Of a stretch of 24,230 nt of DNA, positions 1 through 8,761 are shown piece by piece. The position numbers and the translations under genes were made by a program. Numbering within the stretch: position 1 is the stretch's first letter; every line of letters begins with the position of its first letter. The notes below the pieces were generated by a model. The model saw nothing but the letters and a program-made list of their open reading frames with translations, was not told the origin of the DNA and made no database searches. Source of the DNA: Fibrobacteria bacterium (GTDB lineage: Bacteria > Fibrobacterota > Fibrobacteria > UBA11236); NCBI GenBank assembly GCA_041746255.1, contig JBGTHM010000121.1, positions 1 through 24,230 of the forward strand, written 5' to 3'.

Positions 1-307
1 CATGAAAATGCAGGGCCTCATTGAAGCATGAGCTAGTGGATTCTGTTCACTCCGTATTGAGTGGATGACGAAATTTAAATTTGCCGGAAATCTCTCCCTT
101 GGGTCTGAAAATCTTTACAATCTCCGAAACGACGCCCGCGACCGATTATTTTGTGTTGAGTGTAAAGAAGTGCTTAAAAAAAAGGTATTTCTGGCCAAAC
201 AAGCGCATAAACCACCCCATGCTTGCGGCGTTATCGCATATTTTTAAGCTGGTGACAGGGGCGCCTGGTTTTATTTCCATCCGTAATTTTGAAGAACGAG
301 GAAAATT

Positions 308-1933
308 ATGCAGCGAGTTTATCCCAACCTTCAATTAGTCTGGATGTGTGGTTTCGCTATCAGCCTGATTGCGGCCACTCCCATAATCTCACATGCCCAA
401 GCCTTGCCCAAGAATGTAACCGTCAAAGCCTTTTACGATATAAACCAGGTGGGCATGGCCAAGGATAAAATCAAAGCCATTGGCATGTGGGAGGTTCCTT
501 CGCTGCCGGGGCATTTCTATATCCTCGACCAGCTTGGAAGGATTTATTCCATGTATCCTTCCGCCGGTTCCACTGTTGAAAGGGGAATCGCATCATCTTA
601 CACGCGCAGTGAACTGGCTGATTTTCGGCAAGTGGTAAATGCCCATTTACCGAGTGAATACGGCGCCTACACCATCCAGTTCCATCCGGAATTTCCCAAG
701 AAAAATCTGTTTTACCTTATTTATGCCGGCTTTAAGGAAGGACAGAAATATGAGAACAAGCTTGCGCCCGGCGGACTGGTTTTCCTGGAGGAATGGGAAG
801 CCACGGGCGGCCAATTTAAACAGATAGCCAAGAAACGCACCATTCTGACATTTCCCCATAAGGAATCCTTCGGGGTATCTCTGATGCAATTCGGTCCGGA
901 CGGATATCTTTATGCTTTTCTGGGGGATTACAAGGCGGATTCCTGGAACATGAACGATTGGGGAAGAAAACTGCTGCGTATCGATATTGATAAAAAAGAT
1001 CCAGGCAAGGAATATGCCGTTCCCCCCGATAATCCGTTCGTAAATACCCCTGGAGTAAAACCTGAAATCTATGCCAACGGATTCCGTAACCTATGGGGGA
1101 TTGGCTTCGACTTGGACGGGAACTTGTGGGCGTCCGATGTGGGGCAGCATATTTTCGAAGAAATGAATTTCGTCAAACCCGGCTTGAATTATGGTTGGTC
1201 CGATGGCGGCAATGGGGAGTGGTATCCCAATGGGGATAAATACCATTTCGGCCCCGGGTTCAGTGGAAACTGCGAAACGGCGGTCAAAAATGGGACCACC
1301 ATCAGCAAGAATCTGGACTGCTCAAAGTATGAAAACCCCTATCACGTTTTTCCCCATAGCACCCAATCGGATAACACCCATATCCACTGCATTACCAATG
1401 GAGCCGTCTATACGGGCGATAAATCCTCCCCTTTCTATGGCCAGTACATATTCTCCGACACCCGCAGCAGCAAGCTCCTGGCTTTGAAAAAGGGCGGCAA
1501 ACCTCAATTTATCGGACAGGCTCCAAATGGGTTCTCTTCGAACACCGATGGCCACGATGGAATTGTCCACCTGACTTCCGATTCCTACGGAAATATTTTC
1601 GCGACCATGCTTTCATGGTACCCGAACAGCAAGTTCCGGGAAATCTATCACCTGGATCACCCCCAACTCAAAGGCGCCGTGAACCCTACCGTGGGCATAA
1701 GGAACATCGTGCGCAAGCCCGACTGGCAACAAGGTATGGTAATTCAACCTGTAGTAAAACACATAAACGGGTCGTCGCGATTTTCATTTCCCAATAACAC
1801 CTCCAAAGCGGAAATTTACCTGGCTAACGGAACCAAGGTCGCAACCGTCAATCGCCGGGGGATAGACAATTATCTGGGAGAATTACCCGCTTCGATTAAA
1901 GCTTCCCTGGTATATCTCAAATTTTACGAATAG
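308..1933 (+). CDS. Secreted PQQ-dependent glucose/sorbosone dehydrogenase-like (GSDH/HHIP-type) beta-propeller with a T9SS-like C-terminal domain
   Basis: N-terminal signal peptide (...IAATPIISHAQA). Family motifs FGPDGYLY..GD, KLLRIDID, Y.VPPDNPF, PEIYANGFRN.W, DVGQ..FEE.N and NYGW. The C-terminal ~75 aa (AEIYLANGTKV...LP...VYLKF) resembles a sorting domain. Confidence 0.85.
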   Translation: MQRVYPNLQLVWMCGFAISLIAATPIISHAQALPKNVTVKAFYDINQVGMAKDKIKAIGMWEVPSLPGHFYILDQLGRIYSMYPSAGSTVERGIASSYTRSELADFRQVVNAHLPSEYGAYTIQFHPEFPKKNLFYLIYAGFKEGQKYENKLAPGGLVFLEEWEATGGQFKQIAKKRTILTFPHKESFGVSLMQFGPDGYLYAFLGDYKADSWNMNDWGRKLLRIDIDKKDPGKEYAVPPDNPFVNTPGVKPEIYANGFRNLWGIGFDLDGNLWASDVGQHIFEEMNFVKPGLNYGWSDGGNGEWYPNGDKYHFGPGFSGNCETAVKNGTTISKNLDCSKYENPYHVFPHSTQSDNTHIHCITNGAVYTGDKSSPFYGQYIFSDTRSSKLLALKKGGKPQFIGQAPNGFSSNTDGHDGIVHLTSDSYGNIFATMLSWYPNSKFREIYHLDHPQLKGAVNPTVGIRNIVRKPDWQQGMVIQPVVKHINGSSRFSFPNNTSKAEIYLANGTKVATVNRRGIDNYLGELPASIKASLVYLKFYE

Positions 1934-1935
1934 GT

Positions 1936-1962
1936 TTCCGGAGCGGTTTCACTGATTCGGAA
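1936..1962. terminator. Possible terminator hairpin between convergent genes
   Basis: TTCCGGAGCGG-tttca-CTGATTCGGAA imperfect stem just after the stop at 1933. No clear U-tract. Confidence 0.3.
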
Positions 1963-2016
1963 GTGACATCCTTCCTCACCCCAGCAGCGAAGATGGCGTT
2001 TTGATTTACTCGTTGT

Positions 2017-3021
2017 CTAAGAAGTCACAACTCCGGTAGTAGGCTGAGAGCTGATCTCCCCCCCGCAACTGGAACCGGCCCCCGCCGTGCACCCGTAGCA
2101 ATGGTTGGCCGTGCGGATACTACGGGACATGAACAAGTCATAATCGAAATAACGGATATGACCCACGGGGCGGGTCTCCATTTCGAGCATTTGATTGAAA
2201 TCGCAATCGTATAGCCCTCCGTCATAACCTACCGATACCTGGTTCCGGCACATCAGTCCTTCGACGGTGGCCGGGTTGAAGGCTCCCGTCAGCAAATCCA
2301 TGTATTCCTGGAACTTATCGCGCCGCACCAGCGATTCCAAAAACCGACTGACGGGAAGGTTATTGATCGTGTAGAGCCGGTTGAAGACCACGCCGAATCC
2401 ATCCCGCAGCTTTTCCTTGAACTCCCGTTCCAATTGTGCCTGCGACGAGCTGAGAAACAGCCCCACGGGATTATACACGAGGTTGAGCGGAAGGGTATGG
2501 CCGTACCCCAAGGCGTTCAGTTTAAGCAGTGCGCGAATGGATTTAGCAAAAACCCCCGCGCCGCGTTGCCGGTCGGTGCTGGCCGCGGAAAAATGCGGAA
2601 GCGACGCGATGATTTCTACTTCATTGTCGGCGAGAAAGTCATAAAGGTAGGCGTAGGAAGAATCTTCAAGAATAGTGAGATTGCAACGGTCGATGACATG
2701 CTTTCCCAGCCGCCGCGAACCTTCCACCAGATGGGTGAAAATCGGATTCATTTCCGGAGCGCCGCCGGTGATGTCCACGGTTTCGATTTCCGGCACGGCC
2801 GCAATGGTTTCGAGGCATAAATCGGCAATCTCACGCGACATCGACTCGGTGCGGGCCGGCGATGCATCGACATGGCAATGGCGGCAGGCCTGGTTGCATA
2901 CCTTTCCCACGTTGATTTGAAAGGTTTTCAGGGAAAGGGGTGTTAGCGTCCTATCCCGCAGTTTGTCGCGGAACGACTCGCCGTAGCCACCCAAGGTCCG
3001 TAATTGTTCGTCTATCAGCAC
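2017..3021 (-). CDS. arsS: Radical SAM protein of the ArsS (arsenosugar biosynthesis, DUF3641) family
   Basis: INVGKVCNQACRHCHV (CxxxCxxC), DITGGAPE, LMCRNQVSVGYDG.LYDCDFNQ and terminal HCYGCTAGAGSSCGG. Start placed at GTG 3021 behind GAGG; the ORF track extends it to a TTG at 3039. Confidence 0.9.
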   Translation of the reverse strand: MLIDEQLRTLGGYGESFRDKLRDRTLTPLSLKTFQINVGKVCNQACRHCHVDASPARTESMSREIADLCLETIAAVPEIETVDITGGAPEMNPIFTHLVEGSRRLGKHVIDRCNLTILEDSSYAYLYDFLADNEVEIIASLPHFSAASTDRQRGAGVFAKSIRALLKLNALGYGHTLPLNLVYNPVGLFLSSSQAQLEREFKEKLRDGFGVVFNRLYTINNLPVSRFLESLVRRDKFQEYMDLLTGAFNPATVEGLMCRNQVSVGYDGGLYDCDFNQMLEMETRPVGHIRYFDYDLFMSRSIRTANHCYGCTAGAGSSCGGEISSQPTTGVVTS

Positions 3022-3028
3022 ATAAACC

Positions 3029-3361
3029 TCACAGCGCAACGTCGTCCACTTTGTTCATCATTTGCACTCCGTGTACGAGGGCGATACCTGCGGCCATGGC
3101 GGCGGCCACATGGACTGCTTCGTTCATCTGCGCCTCGTCGGCGCCTTTTTCCAGGCAGGTCGTGGAGTAAGCATCGATGCAATAAGGGCATTTCAAGGCG
3201 TGCGAAACCGCCAGGGCAATCAAGGCCTTTTCTCTTTCGCTTAAAGAACCGGCTTTGAAAACGTCGTTGTAATAGGCGAAGAACTTTTCACCCAAGTGGG
3301 GGTTAACCCGGGAAATATTCCCGAATTTTTTCAAATCATTTTTTTCGTAATAAAATTGCAT
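3029..3361 (-). CDS. AhpD/carboxymuconolactone decarboxylase-like protein (ArsS-associated peroxidase-like family)
   Basis: LSEREKALIALAVSHALKCPYCIDAY (CxxC) and EAVHVAAAM.AG..LVHGVQM. AAGGA RBS. Lies 7 nt upstream of arsS. Confidence 0.9.
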   Translation of the reverse strand: MQFYYEKNDLKKFGNISRVNPHLGEKFFAYYNDVFKAGSLSEREKALIALAVSHALKCPYCIDAYSTTCLEKGADEAQMNEAVHVAAAMAAGIALVHGVQMMNKVDDVAL

Positions 3362-3412
3362 GGTTATTCCTTTGGCACGGGGAAGTTTTCGGCGAAAAGC
3401 CGGATGGAGAAC

Positions 3413-4501
3413 TTAACAACAAGCCCCAGTGGCGTTTCCCGAAGCTGCACCGCTCGCACCCAGGGGAGTGGAACAGTCGAATGGCCCGAAGTGTACCGAG
3501 CGATCTCCCAGCACGCGGAAATGACGTCCCAAGCGGGTTTCCGAAAGCATCGCAGCGGTATTGCCGCATACCAACTCCGGCTTATGAGCCTGAAGCAAAT
3601 GATGGTCGTCCAGGGTGAAGCTATGCGGATGATCTTCGAGCGTTCCGAGATAAGTGGCCGTTTGTCCGTAGTCCTCGCAAATATCTTCGAGAGATTCGGG
3701 CAGTTTGAATGCGCGTACGGTCACGGAATGGAAATCGACCATGCCTACGCGCGCCTGCAATTCCGCATTGCCCAATTCGATACGTCGGCTCGACACCACG
3801 CGATGGTCCAGGCATCCCACCTGCCGCATCAAACGGCGGAAATCTTCGATATAGAGCGCTCCCGCCAGGCATTCGCCTTGCAATATCGGGTCGCCAATCA
3901 AGTGGCGGGGAATGCGACGCCCGGAAAAGACGTCGGAAAAATACAGCTCTCCGCCCGGTTTCAGAACCCGGAAGATTTCGGAAAAGACCCGTGACTTGTC
4001 CGGTGAAAGATTGATGACGCAATTGGAGACCACGACATCCACGGATTCGTCGGCGATATTCAATGCGCGTAAATCTTCGATAAACCCCTCGCGGAAATCA
4101 ATATTCGGTTCGGAATAGCCCCACTTGCGCATTTGTTCGGGAAGATGTTTGCGGGCCACTTCCAATTGGGCGGGGGTCATGTCCACACCTATGACTCTAC
4201 CCTTAGGGCCTACCAGGCGGGAGAGCAAATAAGCGTCCCGACCCGACCCGCATCCCAGGTCCAAAACTGTAGTTCCCTCGAGGGCGTCGGGGATAGGGGA
4301 GCCGCAACCGTAAAATTTCTCCAGGATTTCACCCTCGATTTCCGCCAGGATGCTACGGTGACGGGTAGGGATGGACTCGCTGGTGCAACAGGCGTTGGTT
4401 TGCAAATCCTCCGATTTTTTGAGGATTTCCCCGTAATACTCGCGAATGCCCTTTTGATCGAGGGATGGTTGGAGGGTAGAGGAGCCGTTTTCTGGGCGCA
4501 T
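3413..4501 (-). CDS. arsM: Arsenite S-adenosylmethionine methyltransferase (AS3MT/ArsM-type, long form)
   Basis: Four conserved Cys motifs: TNACC, FYGCG, SNCVINL and GECL. SAM motif VLDLGCGSGRD. C-terminal domain CEDYGQ...VCGNTA and terminal CC. AAGGA RBS. Confidence 0.88.
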   Translation of the reverse strand: MRPENGSSTLQPSLDQKGIREYYGEILKKSEDLQTNACCTSESIPTRHRSILAEIEGEILEKFYGCGSPIPDALEGTTVLDLGCGSGRDAYLLSRLVGPKGRVIGVDMTPAQLEVARKHLPEQMRKWGYSEPNIDFREGFIEDLRALNIADESVDVVVSNCVINLSPDKSRVFSEIFRVLKPGGELYFSDVFSGRRIPRHLIGDPILQGECLAGALYIEDFRRLMRQVGCLDHRVVSSRRIELGNAELQARVGMVDFHSVTVRAFKLPESLEDICEDYGQTATYLGTLEDHPHSFTLDDHHLLQAHKPELVCGNTAAMLSETRLGRHFRVLGDRSVHFGPFDCSTPLGASGAASGNATGACC

Positions 4502-4589
4502 GTGTTAATCCTTGACGGTCGAACCCGATTAGTCGAAGTAGATAGGGGTATGTTTCAGTTTTACCGAAAAAATCTACGATTCTTTGAGG

Positions 4590-4615
4590 AAAAGGACAAA
4601 ACGCGGGTTTTGCCC
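4590..4615 (-). terminator. Putative intrinsic terminator after the DUF3078 gene
   Basis: Minus strand reads GGGCAAAAC-ccgc-GTTTTGTCC followed by TTTT. Confidence 0.45.
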
Positions 4616-4648
4616 CTGCCTCTTCTTATCGCAGTCGGATAATGCGTC

Positions 4649-5512
4649 CTAAATGAAGTTATACACCAAGCCTAGCGCGAGCACTTGTTTGATTTGATGC
4701 GTGGCGGAAATGTCCCTGTCGTAAACCACCCGGACGTTAAAATTCATGTTCACGAATTCATGCACCTTGGCAATGAGGTAGGTATCCCACTCCCCGTCTA
4801 TTTTTTCCACTCCCTCGAAATTGGTGAAAAATTTCAGTTTCGAATCGAGTATGATGCTTTCCGTAAGCATCCTGTGCAATTCCGTCACCCAATCCATTCC
4901 GATTTCACTGCGGAATTTTTCCAGTTGCGGCGTATCGGGATTGTCGGAGTAGGGCACCGGGTGGTTACGGGTGATGGTTTGCTTGAACCCCAGACCCGAG
5001 CGGGTGTGCAAACCTTCCAAGGGGGTATCGTAGCCAAGCCCGATACCCTGGGTAAAATAGGCGGGATCCATGAATCCCGACACCTTCACTGGCGGCTCGA
5101 CGGCATAATTGAAGCCGGAGGTTAGCTGCGTTTCTTCCGTAACCGAAATATAGGGATTGAGTAGCCAACCCGAATTGAAAGACAGCAATGATTGGAAGCG
5201 AAGTTCATCCGCCGATTTGCGGGGCTCCTGGTCACCGATGCTTGTCTGACCATAGGCAAACCTTCCCCTATTGATCCAGGTGTAATTATCGCGCCTATCC
5301 ACCGATCGGGCGGTGAAGTTCACCTGCCAGGACCAGGCGTTCTCGCCTCCTTGCGCCCAATTGTCAAAACTGGATTGCGTGAGGTTAACGCCGCCGAGTA
5401 GTTCGTTGCTCCAGCCGAGGGGAACGGGTGCTTCCGTGTCTTGGGCAGGTGCTGAAATCAGGGCCATTACTCCCAAGGTAAAAGACCCCTTGACCCAAGA
5501 AATTGCAGACAT
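4649..5512 (-). CDS. DUF3078-family outer-membrane beta-barrel protein
   Basis: Signal peptide. Motifs NWAQGGEN, F.YGQT, RKSADEL, TQLTSGFNY and FMDPAY..QGIG. Amphipathic C-terminal strand LGLVYNFI. Confidence 0.8.
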   Translation of the reverse strand: MSAISWVKGSFTLGVMALISAPAQDTEAPVPLGWSNELLGGVNLTQSSFDNWAQGGENAWSWQVNFTARSVDRRDNYTWINRGRFAYGQTSIGDQEPRKSADELRFQSLLSFNSGWLLNPYISVTEETQLTSGFNYAVEPPVKVSGFMDPAYFTQGIGLGYDTPLEGLHTRSGLGFKQTITRNHPVPYSDNPDTPQLEKFRSEIGMDWVTELHRMLTESIILDSKLKFFTNFEGVEKIDGEWDTYLIAKVHEFVNMNFNVRVVYDRDISATHQIKQVLALGLVYNFI

Positions 5513-5562
5513 AGGATTCCCCTCCGCTGATGGGGAATTTTAACAATAAATCGAGCGATAGA

Positions 5563-5991
5563 TCAGGAAATAGCGACAAGGCTGATTTCGAATTGCAAAG
5601 CTTTGCCCGCCAATTCGTGGTTCCCGTCCAGAACAATGCGTTCGGGTTCTACATCGGTTACCGTAACCACCGCAGTTCCACCTTCCTCGGACTGCAATTG
5701 CAACTTAATTCCCGGTTCCGGTGCGATATGCGCGGGAAATTTGTCTTTTTCGACGAAGATGATGAGTTCCTCACGGTATTGGCCATAGGCTTCTTCGGGT
5801 GGGATATGGGTTTTCCGGGTTTCACCGACTGCCATTCCCAACACCGCGTTTTCGAAACCGGGAATCACGTTCTGCTCGCCCAAAGTAAATTCCAAGGGAT
5901 CTTTTCCCTCGGAGGAATCGAAAATGGTACCGTCCTCCAGTGAGCCCTGGTAATGCACTTGGACGGTATCGCCCGGTTTCGCTTGTGCCAT
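5563..5991 (-). CDS. FKBP-type peptidyl-prolyl isomerase (SlyD/SlpA-like, no His-rich tail)
   Basis: GDTVQVHY.G.LEDGTIFDSS, VIPGFE, PEEAYG and LDGNHELAGK.L.F. GGAGG RBS. Confidence 0.93.
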   Translation of the reverse strand: MAQAKPGDTVQVHYQGSLEDGTIFDSSEGKDPLEFTLGEQNVIPGFENAVLGMAVGETRKTHIPPEEAYGQYREELIIFVEKDKFPAHIAPEPGIKLQLQSEEGGTAVVTVTDVEPERIVLDGNHELAGKALQFEISLVAIS

Positions 5992-6148
5992 CTAATCCTC
6001 CTTTTGCCGTGGATAATCACAATGCCCGCCTCCCGAACGGGTCGCTGCATCCAATTTAATTAGCTGGACGTGCAGGTCAACGCAAAATGCATTAAAATGG
6101 AGGTAACTTGCCAAGAGGGCCCGGATAAACGAGATTGCTGAATTGAGT

Positions 6149-6538
6149 ATGCTTGTGGTAATCTTCGATGGAAATTGTGGAATTTGCACCCGCTCGGTGG
6201 AGTGGCTGCGAAAAAGGGATCGGCTCCAACGTTTTTTTTACGAAGCTAATCAAAAACCGGGAATACCGGAAAAATATGGTTTATCTCGGGAAGACGTAGA
6301 GCGCGCGGTATGGGTTGTTGACCTTGAAAAGGGCTGGAAATGGAGTGGAGCCGAAGCCGTCAATCGGATTTTCCAGGAGTTAGGGGGCTTCTGGCGTTTT
6401 ATATCAGGTTTCCATGCGTTTCCCGGAATGGGGTTCATTCAGGAGCGGCTATACGTATTCATTTCGCAGCGGCGCCATTGGTTAAAGCGTTGGGGAGTTC
6501 GGCCTGAATGCCAAGCTCGGCCCGAGGCCTGTGTCTGA
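6149..6538 (+). CDS. DCC family (DUF393) thiol-disulfide oxidoreductase
   Basis: N-terminal VIFDGNCGIC (DxxCxxC), SGAEAV and LY.FISQRR. ATG at 6149. Confidence 0.85.
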   Translation: MLVVIFDGNCGICTRSVEWLRKRDRLQRFFYEANQKPGIPEKYGLSREDVERAVWVVDLEKGWKWSGAEAVNRIFQELGGFWRFISGFHAFPGMGFIQERLYVFISQRRHWLKRWGVRPECQARPEACV

Positions 6539-6591
6539 TTGACGAGGAAAAAACGTTGGATAGGGGTTCGGTTATTTCGAAAGGTGGAGGA

Positions 6592-7056
6592 ATGGGATTA
6601 GGTCGGTTCGCCTGCGCGGCAGGTATGGGGTTTTTTGCCGGAGTCGCCGGCACGGCGGCCATGACGCTTTCGCAATGGCTGGAAATGGAGTTCGTCGGAC
6701 GGAAACCCGATAAAACACCCGCGAAGGTAGTGGAAAACGTTTTCGCCGTGGAGCCTGCCGACGAGTCTTCTGAAGGTTTATTGGCCCGGTTGGGACATTG
6801 GGCCTATGGTATCGCCTGGGGCGGTTTCCGCGGCTTACTGGCGGTGTCCGGTATGCGGCCGTGGTTGGCGGGAGTAGTGCATTTCTCCGCGCTGGAAGGC
6901 GCCGCTTCGCTTATTACGGCGAGTCTCAATATGGATTCACCCAAGTCCGGAAATCTCAATAAAAGGATTATCGAGGCCGGTCACCATCTCATCTATGTGA
7001 TCGTCGCGGGAATGGCTTTCGAGTATCTTCGCCGCGATGTAAAACGCGGAAAATGA
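6592..7056 (+). CDS. Hypothetical multi-pass membrane protein
   Basis: GGAGG RBS before ATG 6592. Hydrophobic segments G..AGVAGTAAMT, HWAYGIAWG and HHLIYVIVAG. Confidence 0.7.
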   Translation: MGLGRFACAAGMGFFAGVAGTAAMTLSQWLEMEFVGRKPDKTPAKVVENVFAVEPADESSEGLLARLGHWAYGIAWGGFRGLLAVSGMRPWLAGVVHFSALEGAASLITASLNMDSPKSGNLNKRIIEAGHHLIYVIVAGMAFEYLRRDVKRGK

Positions 7057-7063
7057 TCCGGCT

Positions 7064-8761
7064 TCATTCTATGGCGGCCAACCGCAGCTGGAGGCGCTTC
7101 GCGCCCCGGAAATAATTCCACTCTGGATAGTAGGCAATGCGATTGAGGCGGGAACGGCCCGCGAGACCGGGCAGCAAGGACCCCATTCCGAATCCAATGG
7201 CCTCAAAAGAGTGTGGTTGAGTTCCCAAAAACATTTTAAGATGGTCTTCCCCCACCTTAAAGGGTGGGGAGGTGATTTTCACGTCCTCGCAGTAAAACAG
7301 AGGCTGTTCATTGAGAGGCCCGAAAGGTTCAAAGCGGCGAAGCCAGAGCATGGCGTCTTCGTCCAATTCGGACAGCGGTAGGGTCGTCGCGGGTTGGAAC
7401 GAACGGGCTTTAGGCCCATCCGCCAAGTGGATCTGACCAAGCTCCATCATCTTTTCCGCAAACGCTTCAATATTCCTTTCGGGGATGGAAAATCCGCAGG
7501 CATAATAATGCCCGCCCCATTTCTCGAATAAGTGCGCAGCCGACTCCAAGGCTTTGTAAAGGTTGAATCCGGGAACGGTTCTTCCGCTACCTTTTGCTAT
7601 ACCGTTTCCGTCGATGGCCAACACGAAGGCGGGGCGGCAAAAATTTTCCACCATGCGGGCGGCGACGATGCCGATCACCCCTTCATGCCACTCCCGCGAA
7701 GCTACTACCAGGCATGAGGCTTGCTCCAGAGAGGGGGTATCCGCGATTTTTTTGAAAGCGTCTTTGGTGATGGCCTGATCGAGCTGCCTGCGCTTGCCGT
7801 TCTCGGCGGCCAGGGCATTGGCCCAGGCGACGGCTTGCAGGGGATCTTCTTCGATTAGCAGTCGCAGGGCAATGTCGGCGCTACCCATGCGTCCCGCGGC
7901 GTTGAGCAAGGGAACGGCTCTGAACATCAAGTCGGTGGAGCCGGTGTTCTGCTCCGATAAACCGGCTTGTTTCAGTAAAGCGGAGATGCCCGGTCGCGGC
8001 GAGGTCGTCAAAATCCGGAGACCGGCTTTCACCAACGCGCGGTTTTCCCCCACGATAGGCACATTGTCGGCCAGGCTTCCCAATGCGACCAAATCCAAAA
8101 ATGGCGTAGCGTCGACGCCCATAACCCGACGGGCCAAGGCATCGAGCAATTTGAAAGCCACCCCCACTCCCGCCAGCCCCTTGTTGGGGTATGTGCATCC
8201 CTTTTGATTGGGGTTGAGGATGGCATCGGCGGGAGGCGGAACCGGGCCGGCTTGATGATGATCGGTGACGATGACATGCATTCCCAATTCGCGTGCAACC
8301 GTGATTTCCTCTACCGCGGCGATTCCGGTATCTACGGAGATGAGCCATTGGAAGCCTTGGGAATGCAGCTTGCGCACTCCGGGAACGCTGATGCCGTAGC
8401 CGTCCTTAAAGCGGTTGGGAAGATACCAATCGACGTCGAGCCCGCACCAGCGTAGGCCCAAAAATAAGAGGGCGGTTCCCGTCACGCCATCGACGTCGTA
8501 ATCGCCATGGACGACGACTTTTTCGCGGCGCTCGCGCGCGCCTTCCAGCAGGTCCAGCGCCAATTCGAGGCCCGCAAGGGTTTCCGTTTCCAGTCCATTT
8601 TCCAGTGTGGCGAGAAAGAAAGTCCGGGCGGATTCCTTGTCGGATATTCCGCGCTTCAGAAGGAGGTCGGCCGCGAACTCCGGTCCGTTGATGTCGGCCG
8701 CCAGACGGGCCACGGCCTCGCCATCGGAAGCGACTGGTTTCTCGATGGATGATTTCATCAT
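7064..8761 (-). CDS. recJ: Single-stranded-DNA-specific exonuclease RecJ
   Basis: DHH-family motifs HGDYDVDG, SVDTG, TDHH, DLVALGSLAD, LNAAGR, GSGR and GGH. ATGA overlap with holB. Confidence 0.96.
   Translation of the reverse strand: MMKSSIEKPVASDGEAVARLAADINGPEFAADLLLKRGISDKESARTFFLATLENGLETETLAGLELALDLLEGARERREKVVVHGDYDVDGVTGTALLFLGLRWCGLDVDWYLPNRFKDGYGISVPGVRKLHSQGFQWLISVDTGIAAVEEITVARELGMHVIVTDHHQAGPVPPPADAILNPNQKGCTYPNKGLAGVGVAFKLLDALARRVMGVDATPFLDLVALGSLADNVPIVGENRALVKAGLRILTTSPRPGISALLKQAGLSEQNTGSTDLMFRAVPLLNAAGRMGSADIALRLLIEEDPLQAVAWANALAAENGKRRQLDQAITKDAFKKIADTPSLEQASCLVVASREWHEGVIGIVAARMVENFCRPAFVLAIDGNGIAKGSGRTVPGFNLYKALESAAHLFEKWGGHYYACGFSIPERNIEAFAEKMMELGQIHLADGPKARSFQPATTLPLSELDEDAMLWLRRFEPFGPLNEQPLFYCEDVKITSPPFKVGEDHLKMFLGTQPHSFEAIGFGMGSLLPGLAGRSRLNRIAYYPEWNYFRGAKRLQLRLAAIE

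Noticed and set aside
2..247. In-frame TGA at 29-31 followed by a hairpin (45-66) and an open frame to 247, suggesting selenocysteine read-through
   Set aside because: The extended peptide resembles no selenoprotein family I know and runs through AT-rich intergenic-looking DNA. The upstream context is outside the window. The hairpin could be an ordinary 3' structure.
2017..3021. Selenocysteine in ArsS (some family members have Sec in the GSS-x-GG tail)
   Set aside because: The codon here is TGC (Cys), and there is no in-frame TGA.
2017..4501. Arsinothricin (arsL-arsM) cluster
   Set aside because: The radical SAM protein has the DUF3641/ArsS C-terminus rather than ArsL features.
3296..4642. 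Plus-strand ORFs 3296-3994 and 4133-4642
   Set aside because: They are antisense to arsM and have no independent evidence.
4502..4648. SahR-like operator upstream of arsM linking SAM supply to arsenic methylation
   Set aside because: Only partial half-sites with the wrong spacing (ATCTA-N7-TTGAG), which is not convincing.
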